A DNA stretch of 63,705 bases, the filler included, from Octopus bimaculoides (lineage: Eukaryota), in NCBI RefSeq assembly GCF_001194135.2. It is 4 parts of 4 records of this genome, joined end to end, with 100 filler letters (N's around TTAATTAATTAA, not from the genome) between each part and the next. Parts side by side here need not be neighbours in the genome. Positions count along the whole stretch, not along the records: positions 23,182 to 44,882 come from NC_068990.1; positions 44,983 to 60,103 come from NC_068983.1; 2 more parts are not named here. The stretch is one strand, 5' to 3'. Below, in pieces: positions 38,794 to 50,449 of this stretch. How positions within the stretch are numbered: the stretch's first letter is position 1; every line of letters begins with the position of its first letter. Under the pieces are notes generated by a model. The model was not told the origin of the DNA. It ran no database searches and saw only the letters and a program-made list of their open reading frames with translations. A program made the position numbers and the translations under genes.

Positions 38794-38840
38794 TCTCCGA
38801 TGAAGGGATATAACAAATATCCTGGAAACAGCTGTAAGAC
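38794..38840 (+). ncRNA. Minimal type I hammerhead motif (CCGAUGA variant) in a Penelope-type terminal repeat (~38660-39060)
   Basis: tct-CCGATGA-agggatat aacaa atatcctg-GAAA-cagctg-TA-aga. Confidence 0.6.
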
Positions 38841-39177
38841 CTTCTATTTATAAATGTTCTATGTTATACACAGCCTTGGGTTTTTATCTCATTACGAAAA
38901 GTAAATCCTTATATTCACACGATGATATATGACCTGTGTTGGACCCCTTATTCGCATAATCACTGAACCTGGAGCTTAACTGTGGTTTATCCATAGCACT
39001 TACTCACCATTACCTCAAACCTCTGGGTCTAAATGACACCACTATCGCTCATAACCTATACATATATATATATATATNNNNNNNNNNNNNNNNNNNNNNN
39101 NNNNNNNNNNNNNNNNNNNNNNNNNNNNNNNNNNNNNNNNNNNNNNNNNNNNNNNNNNNNNNNNNNNNNNNNNNNNN

Positions 39178-39291
39178 TAGAAACTCTGCCAAATCAGATT
39201 GGAGCCTAGTGCAGCCATCTGGTTCACTAGTCCTCAGTCAAATAGTTCAACCCATGATAGCTTAGAAAGCAGACGTTAAATGATGATGATG

Positions 39292-39333
<42 letters not shown>

Positions 39334-39710
39334 CACTGCTTCTTGCAAACTATACTACTATGTATAGGCATGAGTATGTGTTAAGAAGCTTGCTTTCCAA
39401 CACATGGTATCGGGTTCAATCCTGCTGTGTAGCACCCAGGGCTGACTAAAGCCTTGAGAGTGGATTTGATAGACAGAAACTGAAAGAAGCCCATCATGTG
39501 TGTGTGTGTGTGTGTATGTGTTTGTTCCCTATTGCTGCTTGACAACCGGTGTTGCTGTGTTTACATCTCTGTAACATAGCAGTTCAGCAGAAGACTGATA
39601 GAATAAATATCAGGCTTATAAAATAAATAATTAATTCGTTTGACTAAAATTCCTCAAGGCAGTGCCCTTGCATGGCTACAGTCTAATGACTGAAATAAAT
39701 ATTAAAAAAA
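39178..39710 (+). mobile_element. RTE tail (39178-39295) and CpG-decayed SINE A (39363-39710)
   Basis: Family motifs with CG-to-TG/CA changes (gacagaaactg for gacggaaactg; catggctacagtc for catggccgcagtc). Confidence 0.8.
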
Positions 39711-40485
39711 TTGAAAAGGTGAATAAAAGAAAATGGATTGTACAACATTCTTTATTTAAAATCACTACAATTGCTTATATACATCATTACTCCTATAGTA
39801 CATTGGCAAGATGATATACTATGGGTGTAACAGTGCATAGAAACAATTGTACTGTTTTAATTAAAGAATGTCATCCAATCCATTTTCTATTACTTATCTA
39901 TATATATGAACCTTATAGACACTATGAAATTCTTGATGCATATCCGGTAACAAGAGCATTCTCTCTATATGATGACATCCAGTAGCCAATAACTTCCTAT
40001 TAGAAATAATAATAATGGAATAAACAGATGTGCTTTGTATAGGCAAATTTACTGCAGTTACCATGAAGAAAAGATTTTCCTTTATGGTAAAAAAGGTGTA
40101 AAAACACTATATATGTCCAGTACTGCCTTCTGTTGGATGCCCAGATGTGTTTCTAGCTGTTTAGCCATTATCAGTGGGAAATACCAAAGAGAGGCAATTT
40201 TCAACAGATTTAATTAAAGATGTAGCTTTAAAACAGTCAACAACATTGACTCTGTGGCACCATTACACCACCACGTCAAAAGAAATTCAGCAATATTAGC
40301 ACCAAGCAGTGTTTAGACATAAGCAAACTTTAGTTTAGTTAAAATATGTTGGTGACAACAGAGAATTTTTTTTCCTAACAGTAACTGCAGTGAATTTGCC
40401 TTTAGAAGTTGAAATATATCACAAACATATTTTAACTAATCTAAAGTTTGTTTATGCCTAAATGCTGCATGGCACTGATACTGCT

Positions 40486-40536
<51 letters not shown>

Positions 40537-41089
40537 CGTGCGTGCCACGCACATGCAGGCATGTGCGTGGTACTGTCTCCTTGCTGAGGTATTGAATGAT
40601 ACTTGTAAATAAGTGTCACAGCTGTGCAAGCAGTGTTCTTCATTTCCAATCTTCTGTGTCTGGTTATGGGGAAATATTTTCTTGCTTGGAAACAGGTGAG
40701 GGTTAACAACAGGAAAGGTATCTGGCCACAGAAAATTCACCTCAAGAAAAACTTCTAGGTGACCCATGTGAGCATGGAAAAGTGAATATTAAACTAATGA
40801 TGATGATATGTAAACCTTTGTGTGTGTGAGAGAGAGAGAAAGAGAGAGCTATTTCCCTTTGGTTTCACATGTATGTGCACAGATAGTAAACAAAAACCTC
40901 CCCATTCATACAGATAGTGTTTTTTATTGCAAAAGCCTATCCAGTCTGTTCTTAGTTTGACAGATTAGAGATTATATACTTGCTTGGAAGTAGTTGATGG
41001 TTGGTGTCTGGAAGAGCTTCCGGCTGAAGGAAACACTGCATTTACATAGTCTCAGCATGGAAAAGTAGATGTTAAAATGCTGATATTGA

Positions 41090-41325
41090 TGATATATATA
41101 TATATATGAATACAGTGTACATTTAAACACATAAGAGGTATCCATTATAGGGTTCCTTGCATGCTAGAAAGAACAGCTAAGTACCAAACCACTATTAGGG
41201 ATAAAACTTCGAAGGGAATGAAAAATAAAAACATTTACCATCAGGCTCCAATGTTTTCTGACTTATTTTAGCAAATAAAATAATTTGCCAGGCGAAGTCT
41301 TCTTCAACAGGTACACCCAGATTAA
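41090..41325 (-). mobile_element. Penelope-type terminal repeat copy with decayed hammerhead (same family as 59605-60100)
   Basis: Shares tacagtgtacatttaaacacataagagg, aaaccactattagggataaa and gcgaagtct..caggtacacccagatt. Reverse complement core reads ttgaaga-agac...gtca-gaaa. Confidence 0.65.
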
Positions 41326-41390
41326 GCATATATACACGATGCAATCTAGTATATGCCCCATGCTTATACATTTGAATTTTTTAAATCTAT

Positions 41391-41402
41391 TGCGCAAGCG
41401 CA
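41391..41402. promoter_or_regulatory. NRF1/EWG-like motif TGCGCAAGCGCA in a small CpG-rich patch
   Basis: 11/12 match to YGCGCAYGCGCR; lies at the right edge of the CpG-depleted domain. Confidence 0.3.
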
Positions 41403-41476
41403 GCTCCTTGTCGGCAGTAAATAAAAAATGCCGGCGTTTCAATTCAAAAATTATCCAGAAAAATTTATCAATAATT

Positions 41477-41709
41477 AATATCAAGGGTAATAAGAAATAT
41501 TAGAAATTTCTACTACCAGTGGCCTAGCATGTAAAAATTTAGTCCATTGACTATATATTATTCTTATAAATACAGTGTACATTTAAACACATAAGAGGTG
41601 TTTAAATGTACACTATTTATATGAATAATATATAGTCTATGGATTAAATTTTTACACTTTAGGCCACTGGTAGTAGAAATTTCTAATATTTCTTATTACC
41701 CTTGATATT
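41477..41709. repeat. 233-bp near-perfect palindrome built from the terminal-repeat 3' end
   Basis: Arms of about 113 bp (aatatcaagggtaataagaaatattag... / ...ctaatatttcttattacccttgatatt) with a 7-nt loop ataagag. Confidence 0.92.
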
Positions 41710-41719
41710 ATTATTATTG

Positions 41720-41765
<46 letters not shown>

Positions 41766-41800
41766 TTCTATTGTATACATACACACACAAATGTATGCAT

Positions 41801-41860
<60 letters not shown>

Positions 41861-42306
41861 TGTATGTAATACATAAAATATCAGAACTGAGATACAATAC
41901 ATAATGCATATTAAATATTTTAACCAAATTCTAATACTTTTCTATTTTTCTTTCTTTTAACAGGAAGGAAAAAGACAATGCTGCCAAAGGAAATATTACA
42001 ATAATAACTTTAAAAAAATATGAAAGTATGTAAAAACACACTTTCTATTTTGAAGAAAAAGAAAGGTAAAAAGAAAAAAAGAAGGGTTAAATCATGAAGA
42101 TAAATTGAAAGATAAATTAAGATCACAATTTTAATGCAAAAGAAAGATAATCAATTTGGCAAAATACATACATACATACATACATATACATATATATGTA
42201 GTGTAATATTTCATTATTGATGAACAAAAATAGTACTCCATCCAATGAGAGACAGATATCATTTAATATGTAGAGAATTTAAATTTGAGCTACCATTAGT
42301 TTCATG

Positions 42307-42484
42307 CCTCAGATAACACAATGGTTAATCAAGCCTGAATAGCGTGCCATGTATTTTTAGGCAATCATTCACACTCAAAATACAACATAGCTTTACGAGC
42401 TGCCATTTCGCATTTTGAGTCTGAATGATTACCTGAAAATACAGTGTGCTATACAAGCTTGTTCAACCATTGTATTATCAGAGG
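42307..42484. mobile_element. 178-bp imperfect fold-back (MITE-like)
   Basis: cctcagataacacaatggttaatcaagc... pairs with ...gcttgttcaaccattgtattatcagagg. Confidence 0.75.
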
Positions 42485-42498
42485 TGAAAAACTCTGAG

Positions 42499-42984
42499 GA
42501 CTGGATGTTAAAACTAGTCTCAAAACATGAAAACAAGAAAGCATCATATTCAGTAACAAAACAGGCAAAGGAATATATAAGCAAATTCTAAATACAACAA
42601 ATTCCAGAATTAGACGTACTAGAAACAAGCACAGAAAAAGCTAAGCGTATGAAAACACGTGCTAAAACTGCTGCCTTAGATATTCTTACTGATGAATGCC
42701 AAGAAAAGCCTCTCAATGGCAAATACCCAGAGAGAACTATTAATGCCGATGTTGACAAAGCCCTTACCCATCAATGGTTAATGGCCTCTGGTTTAAAATC
42801 AGAAACAGAAGGGTTTATCATAGCAGCGCAAGATCAATGCCTACCTACAAGAAACTACCAGGCCAACATATTAAAGAATGGCAGCTTCCCAACATGTCGT
42901 GTATGTCAACAACAAAATGTAACCATTGATCATGTTATCTCTATGAGCAGTCTTCTAGCACCTACAGAGTATTTCAATAGGTAA
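42499..42984 (+). mobile_element. R4/Dong-type LINE fragment (post-RT region and CCHC zinc knuckle)
   Basis: KPLNGKYP..QWLMASGLKSETEGFIIAAQDQCLPTRNYQANILK..CRVC....TIDHVIS..LAPTEY. Confidence 0.88.
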
Positions 42985-43000
42985 CAAAATTCTTTGGTAG

Positions 43001-43065
43001 TCCGTACTGATGAGAAACAGATATTTTCGGTAAGGAAATATTAATTTCGAAACCGGTCTGCAGAT
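43001..43065 (+). ncRNA. Minimal type I hammerhead motif in a Penelope-type terminal repeat
   Basis: gta-CTGATGA-gaaa[cagatattttc ggtaag gaaatattaa]tttc-GAAA-ccgg-TC-tgc. The core is canonical; stem I is only about 3 bp. Confidence 0.62.
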
Positions 43066-43572
43066 AACATTGTATGTATTTATGTAATTTTCACTTGTCT
43101 TGCCCGTATACATTTTGTTACTTCGCTAAATTTTTCTTTGAGAACAATTCGGTCTTAGACGCATTACATGTAATCTTCTTCTAGCACATTAACAGTTCAC
43201 CTAGTGGTCTCCTTTATATATACATATACAATAATCCTTTGAGATCTCAGATATTTTTTCTGAATCTCCTTGATTCTTTCAATGTGCTTGTTCCCTGATA
43301 TTAAATTGATATTAATTAATATCCAATTTTTTTACCCTATTGTTTTAATTTAATATATATATTAATTTATGTATATATTAATATTATCTTGGTTGAAAAA
43401 ACTTTAATAATGTAAATATGTTAATAGTTACCAGGGTAGCAAAAACCACACAAAAACTGGGATATTATACCCGGTTAATGGGTAGAAATTCCATGTTAAA
43501 GTGATGTATTTTGAGTAGATATGAAGAATAATAATAAATGGAGTAAAACGCGTATAAGCAATAAATTCCTTT

Positions 43573-43664
43573 AATTCCTACATATGTTTCAAAATTTATG
43601 TGCACTCTACTCCAAAGAAGTAAGAGGTGCTGGAAAATGCACATAAATTCATCGTCAGGGAACC
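43573..43664 (-). ncRNA. Minimal type I hammerhead motif downstream of a Penelope ORF end
   Basis: Reverse complement: ggttcc-CTGACGA-t g aatttatgtgca...tgcacataaatt tt-GAAA-catatg-TA-ggaatt. Stem I is 6 bp, stem II 12 bp, with a U.U mismatch at the base of stem II. Confidence 0.68.
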
Positions 43665-44455
43665 AACTTACAAAAGCAAGACATGCGCTACAAGTAATAA
43701 CACTATATAGCTAAGTAAATGACCGTTAGAAACAAGAATGCTAGTTTACAGGGAGAGAGGCTATGAACGCTATACTAAAAGTTTAAATTAAAAGAAGACA
43801 TAATGAAACGCAGTAAAATTCAAAAATCTAAAGTTCATAATAATGGTAAACCAAAAATCTTAGTAAAGGAGAAAGGAAGAGAATCCAATGCATTCTTTAT
43901 ATATTACTCCTTATGTAAACAAACTTATATAATGAAGTAAAATTAAGTATAGATTGTAAATATAATTAATCGACCATAGCATTGTATCATATTAAGATAC
44001 GATAATTAACCTAAATAAATGGTAATACAAGGTACAAAACTATAATGTGATGAAATAATAAGAATAAACATGCTTACGATAACAAGATTGATAGTATGTA
44101 TGTAAATATACAGTATGCTTCAAATTCAACGAATATAGCTTTTCTGGGAAAGACTTGCTGAACCAACTATAGAAGGGGAAAGAGTAAAAACAACTGGCGT
44201 TGGATTTAGATATAATTATTATTAAGATAATATTTTAATGTTATTATTCTTGTTATTGTTATTATTATTATTGTAATAAATATAAAAATAAATTTATTAT
44301 TATCATTATTACTATTATTGTTATTGTCTAAAGTTAAAGGTAAATACTAAGTTGGGTGATTGTACATACCACTTGTAAGGTAGCTGTCCACTAGTGAGAA
44401 TGTTAGTAGGTGAAAAAAATAAAAATAATAACTAAAATTAGTAAAAAGGATGAAA

Positions 44456-44692
44456 TTAATGAAATGAACTGAAGGTGTGTTTCCTCCAATGCTGGCACCT
44501 GTATGCTCTCTGTGTTATTTGGTTTACTAAATTATTCTTGGAGAACAGAATGTGGAATAGCTCCAAGTTACAGAGAGGACAAAAATCTTTACCCTTGTCG
44601 TAGGGTATTGAGATAGCCAGCATTGACCATTCCAAAGAGAATTGTTTACTGCAGTCCTTAAGTTTCCAGATTAACTTACTTAGACCGGTACT
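44456..44692 (-). mobile_element. Penelope-like element ORF C-terminus (GIY-YIG endonuclease tail)
   Basis: STGLSKLIWKLKDCSKQFSLEWSML..PYDKGKDFCPLCNLELFHIL..LVNQ..RCQHWRKH* fits the PLE pattern SxxIWKLK..W.I..PY...CxLC..EK..I..NxR.E..CRH. Confidence 0.72.
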
Positions 44693-44724
44693 ATTATTTT
44701 TATTCCTATCCCTAAAGGAAGAAT

Positions 44725-44725
<1 letters not shown>

Positions 44726-44766
<41 letters not shown>

Positions 44767-44882
44767 GTTTAACGTCCGCTTTCCATGTTAGCATGGGTTG
44801 GACGACTTGACTGAGGACTGGTGAAACCGGATGGCAACACCAGGCTCCAATCTAAATTTGGCAGAGTTTCTACAGCTGGATG
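44726..44882 (-). mobile_element. RTE 3' tail with long (GAT)n
   Basis: Same motif as 22941-23081. Confidence 0.85.
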
Positions 44883-46607
44883 NNNNNNNNNNNNNNNNNN
44901 NNNNNNNNNNNNNNNNNNNNNNNNNNTTAATTAATTAANNNNNNNNNNNNNNNNNNNNNNNNNNNNNNNNNNNNNNNNNNNNTATATATATACATATATA
45001 TATGTATAGGTCCATACGCAAGTAGATATGAATGTACGCTTGTATGTAGATATATGCTTCTATGTCCATGTGTGTGTATATTTTATGCGTGTGCTACTGT
45101 ATGTGCCATATATACGCATCCAACATTGAAAAAAATCAAATATCTAGCAATTAAGTGAAGTGACTTGGCCTGAATTGTCTGAAAGCGTTCGATTCTTTAA
45201 TATCAAATCTGCAGTGGTGGGGAATGACAGGGTTATAGCGCTGTCACATTAGGGAAGCTAACCATGAATAAACTTACTCAAATTCGTTTATAAATTTACT
45301 ACATTGTCGTCAATGTATATATGTATGTATCAACAAATGAGTCAGTGTATGTGGGAGATATGTTACTTCTATGTCACAGTAATGAAAAGTATAACGTGTT
45401 TTAATTTGTTGGTAGAAAAGAATTATGTGAGGAAGCGTTTACTTTGCAGTCTTAGAAAAAACATTATGGACGGATAAATGAAACTTAAAATGTTATACCT
45501 ACACTCTGTTATGAAATGCATGCCAACAAAAAGAAGAAACACAAACTATTCATAGTGTACAAGCGAAATAGCTTATTACTGTTGCCTTCAAAGAAGAATA
45601 GGTAATAAATAAACACATAAAATTAACACCCTACAACAAAACAATGTCATGAAAACTGTAAAAGTAATAATACAAACAATTACAAACGAGCTTCCAATGT
45701 GAAATTCCATTTTTTCAGGAGAAAATCAGAAGCTCGTTTCAAATGATTATGAACATATATATATTTATATATGTGTATATNNNNNNNNNNNNNNNNNNNN
45801 NNNNNNNNNNNNNNNNNNNNNNNNNNNNNNNNNNNNNNNNNNNNNNNNNNNNNNNNNNNNNNNNNNNNNNNNNNNNNNNNNNNNNNNNNNNNNNNNNNNN
45901 NNNNNNNNNNNNNNNNNNNNNNNNNNNNNNNNNNNNNNNNNNNNNNNNNNNNNNNNNNNNNNNNNNNNNNNNNNNNNNNNNNNNNNNNNNNNNNNNNNNN
46001 NNNNNNNNNNNNNNNNNNNNNNNNNNNNNNNNNNNNNNNNNNNNNNNNNNNNNNNNNNNNNNNNNNNNNNNNNNNNNNNNNNNNNNNNNNNNNNNNNNNN
46101 NNNNNNNNNNNNNNNNNNNNNNNNNNNNNNNNNNNNNNNNNNNNNNNNNNNNNNNNNNNNNNNNNNNNNNNNNNNNNNNNNNNNNNNNNNNNNNNNNNNN
46201 NNNNNNNNNNNNNNNNNNNNNNNNNNNNNNNNNNNNNNNNNNNNNNNNNNNNNNNNNNNNNNNNNNNNNNNNNNNNNNNNNNNNNNNNNNNNNNNNNNNN
46301 NNNNNNNNNNNNNNNNNNNNNNNNNNNNNNNNNNNNNNNNNNNNNNNNNNNNNNNNNNNNNNNNNNNNNNNNNNNNNNNNNNNNNNNNNNNNNNNNNNNN
46401 NNNNNNNNNNNNNNNNNNNNNNNNNNNNNNNNNNNNNNNNNNNNNNNNNNNNNNNNNNNNNNNNNNNNNNNNNNNNNNNNNNNNNNNNNNNNNNNNNNNN
46501 NNNNNNNNNNNNNNNNNNNNNNATATATATAATGTATAGATATATGTATATATACATATAATGTATACATATATGTATATATACATATGTATATATATAA
46601 TAAATAT

Positions 46608-46638
<31 letters not shown>

Positions 46639-49300
46639 TACATTTATATATATGTATGTATGTGTATTTATGTATACGTACACATATATGTATGTATATA
46701 TGTGCATATGTATGTGTGTGTGCGTGTGTAACGGGATATGCGATTTAATACACACTTCTGTGTGCGACGTTTCTTAAACAATTCAAAACTATCTGCACGA
46801 TATTATATAAAATAAGTTAAGTTTAGTAAAACTAATAACGCTATAGGTCTACTTTAGATGTCAATAATCTGATAAAAACCAGACACACTTATAGCAGGCT
46901 CTGCTATTTTTAAAGGTACTACGAAAATTCTACATATGCATGGAAAAATATTTTTTTCAAAATCCGAACCAGCTTGACCGTTGACTGAACACTATTCAAT
47001 TTTTTTTCTCCGTGTTTTTCTNNNNNNNNNNNNNNNNNNNNNNNNNNNNNNNNNNNNNNNNNNNNNNNNNNNNNNNNNNNNNNNNNNNNNNNNNNNNNNN
47101 NNNNNNNNNNNNNNNNNNNNNNNNNNNNNNNNNNNNNNNNNNNNNNNNNNNNNNNNNNNNNNNNNNNNNNNNNNNNNNNNNNNNNNNNNNNNNNNNNNNN
47201 NNNNNNNNNNNNNNNNNNNNNNNNNNNNNNNNNNNNNNNNNNNNNNNNNNNNNNNNNNNNNNNNNNNNNNNNNNNNNNNNNNNNNNNNNNNNNNNNNNNN
47301 NNNNNNNNNNNNNNNNNNNNNNNNNNNNNNNNNNNNNNNNNNNNNNNNNNNNNNNNNNNNNNNNNNNNNNNNNNNNNNNNNNNNNNNNNNNNNNNNNNNN
47401 NNNNNNNNNNNNNNNNNNNNNNNNNNNNNNNNNNNNNNNNNNNNNNNNNNNNNNNNNNNNNNNNNNNNNNNNNNNNNNNNNNNNNNNNNNNNNNNNNNNN
47501 NNNNNNNNNNNNNNNNNNNNNNNNNNNNNNNNNNNNNNNNNNNNNNNNNNNNNNNNNNNNNNNNNNNNNNNNNNNNNNNNNNNNNNNNNNNATGTACGTA
47601 TGTATATATTAACAATGAAGAATTACTAATCCTGAAATTGTGAAGCGCTGATGACGCAAAATATACTAATCCCATAACGCCCCGCAAGAACCGTCTTACG
47701 GCTCTTTCGGGTGATTACTAATCCTGAAAATATAATACTAAAATATAATGCTTTGTGTGCTTTCTGTTAACACAAATACACCACCCTAACAAAATTTTTG
47801 ATATTTGTAATAAACACTGCGTATTTTTGTGGTCGGATTCGAGGTTATAGCTCGCTAACATTTTATATTGTAAATCCATGACTGTTTTCCCAAATGGACT
47901 TGTCTTTTACGCAGAGTGGTATACACGACAAAGCATTAATCATGGTCATTACATATTCTCTCACTGTAATAAATTCAACTTATAATTGATTTTGATAGTC
48001 ATTATAGGTTTGTTCAACTAATCCACAGAAAAATGGAACGACCTTATATATTTAATACTATCCTCATCAGAATTATGGTATTCTGATGAAAACGAAGCAA
48101 AGCAATGACAATTAAACGATAGAGGAATGTGAAGGTAAGCGACTAGGGGGAAGAAGTATAAGGTGAATGGAAGAGAGATAAATAGAAAAGAGGGAAAGGA
48201 GGTGTTACATTTACCCTTGATTTTCTTTGATACACCTACCCCCGGCGCAATATAGTAGTAATAACCCAATATTAAACATTTCAGCTGACCACTGGTGTAA
48301 ATGGCTAATATCAAATTTCAATACACTATCTGAATAGTATTCAACCTGAAGACAATGTGCAATTGCACTCATGAAGCTCACTAATGTTTATATTATTATC
48401 CCCCTGTTTGATTTCTAGCTATCACATATCCCTTTCTGGCTTCATTCTTCCATACTATCCCTCCCCTACTCTGTTCTCTCATTTCTCTCTTTCTTTCGCT
48501 CTCTCTTTTCTATTATTTCTCTTTCATTTAGTTCTTCTTTACTAACACATTAGCTCTTTTACTCTTTTCCATTTGTCCCTTTTCCGCTCACCTTATACTT
48601 ATTGTATCTTTTCTTTCCTTTTCCCATGCCTGTATCGCTTATTTATCATTGTTATGTTTGATTTTCATCACAATATCATAGGTCTGATGAGTTTTATATT
48701 AACTATTTAAGATAGTTCATTTTTCCTCACCTGATCAATACACCAGTTGAGCAAATTGATCAATGAACGAAAATAACGTGAATATCGGTAACAGCTGAAA
48801 GTTGAATTTACTACAATAAGGGAACATGTCATGATCATTATTTATACTTCGTTTTACATATATATATATATATATATACATATATAAATATATATGTNNN
48901 NNNNNNNTATATATATGTATATATGTATAGATATGTATATATATATGCATAATATATGTATATATAGTATATATAATATATATACATATACATATATATA
49001 CACCCACACATATATACATCTGGATTTGTACACATCTATCTATCTATCTTGCATTCTATCGGAGGCTTCAAAAGTCGTTTAAGATCCACAAAGTTCAGAA
49101 CTTAAATGCAGCTCATGATGGTCCAAATCGGATATGCAATGTATATTGGTGTATTTTGAATACATTGTATGGTTTAAAAAGCCACATTACACGGCATGAT
49201 GATTTATCTAAGGTGTAGGTAGAAAAGGTTGTCAAACTCAGCATAAGTAGTAAACAACCAACATATATCTATATGTATATATATATATATGGCATCATGT

Positions 49301-49335
<35 letters not shown>

Positions 49336-50449
49336 NNNNNNNNNNNNNNNNNNNNNNNNNNNNNNNNNNNNNNNNNNNNNNNNNNNNNNNNNNNNNNNNN
49401 NNNNNNNNNNNNNNNNNNNNNNNNNNNNNNNNNNNNNNNNNNNNNNNNNNNNNNNNNNNNNNNNNNNNNNNNNNNNNNNNNNNNNNNNNNNNNNNNNNNN
49501 NNNNNNNNNNNNNNNNNNNNNNNNNNNNNNNNNNNNNNNNNNNNNNNNNNNNNNNNNNNNNNNNNNNNNNNNNNNNNNNNNNNNNNNNNNNNNNNNNNNN
49601 NNNNNNNNNNNNNNNNNNNNNNNNNNNNNNNNNNNNNNNNNNNNNNNNNNNNNNNNNNNNNNNNNNNNNNNNNNNNNNNNNNNNNNNNNNNNNNNNNNNN
49701 NNNNNNNNNNNNNNNNNNNNNNNNNNNNNNNNNNNNNNNNNNNNNNNNNNNNNNNNNNNNNNNNNNNNNNNNNNNNNNNNNNNNNNNNNNNNNNNNNNNN
49801 NNNNNNNNNNNNNNNNNNNNNNNNNNNNNNNNNNNNNNNNNNNNNNNNNNNNNNNNNNNNNNNNNNNNNNNNNNNNNNNAATTTGCGTATACAAATTTAA
49901 TCTGCGATCCATGGGACGAGCCGTTTTAACGATGCGTCCTGCCTAAGCTCGTCGAAACGCCGGTGTTAAAACGTGGGTAGCTGATGAAGTAGAATGTTCT
50001 CTATGTGGCTCGTGTGTTCTCGTCTACGTTTGTTTGCAATGTCCTGTACCCATATATGCACCTATACATACAGGTGGATGTCGGTATGCACATACCTGTA
50101 CGTATATATGCATATACTCATTTACTATTTGTTTTTTTATATATATATACATATACATACATATATACATACATCACATCCATTTTTATAAATATATCTA
50201 TACAAACACACATATACACAATACAAACACACAATACAAACATACATATACACAATACAGTCAATAAATACATACATATATATGCACTCACGCAATACAC
50301 ACATATATTTATTATATGTGTGTGTGTATATACATTCCCAGCACCAATGGAAACTATTTTTAAGACAGGCGATCTACCAGCAAAACAAGAAATTAATAAC
50401 ATCATTATTCACGAGACATTAAAGAAACAACCACACAAGCAAACCGAAA

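Noticed and set aside
41964-42025. + strand exon KEKDNAAKGNITIITLKKYE as SRP14
   Set aside because: Good splice signals, but similarity is limited to ITLKKY and no other SRP14 exon was found.
48670-48720. CTGATGAG as another hammerhead (also weak traces near 9500, 48346, 49120 and 49930)
   Set aside because: The GAAA/UH half or the core is missing or too degenerate to call.
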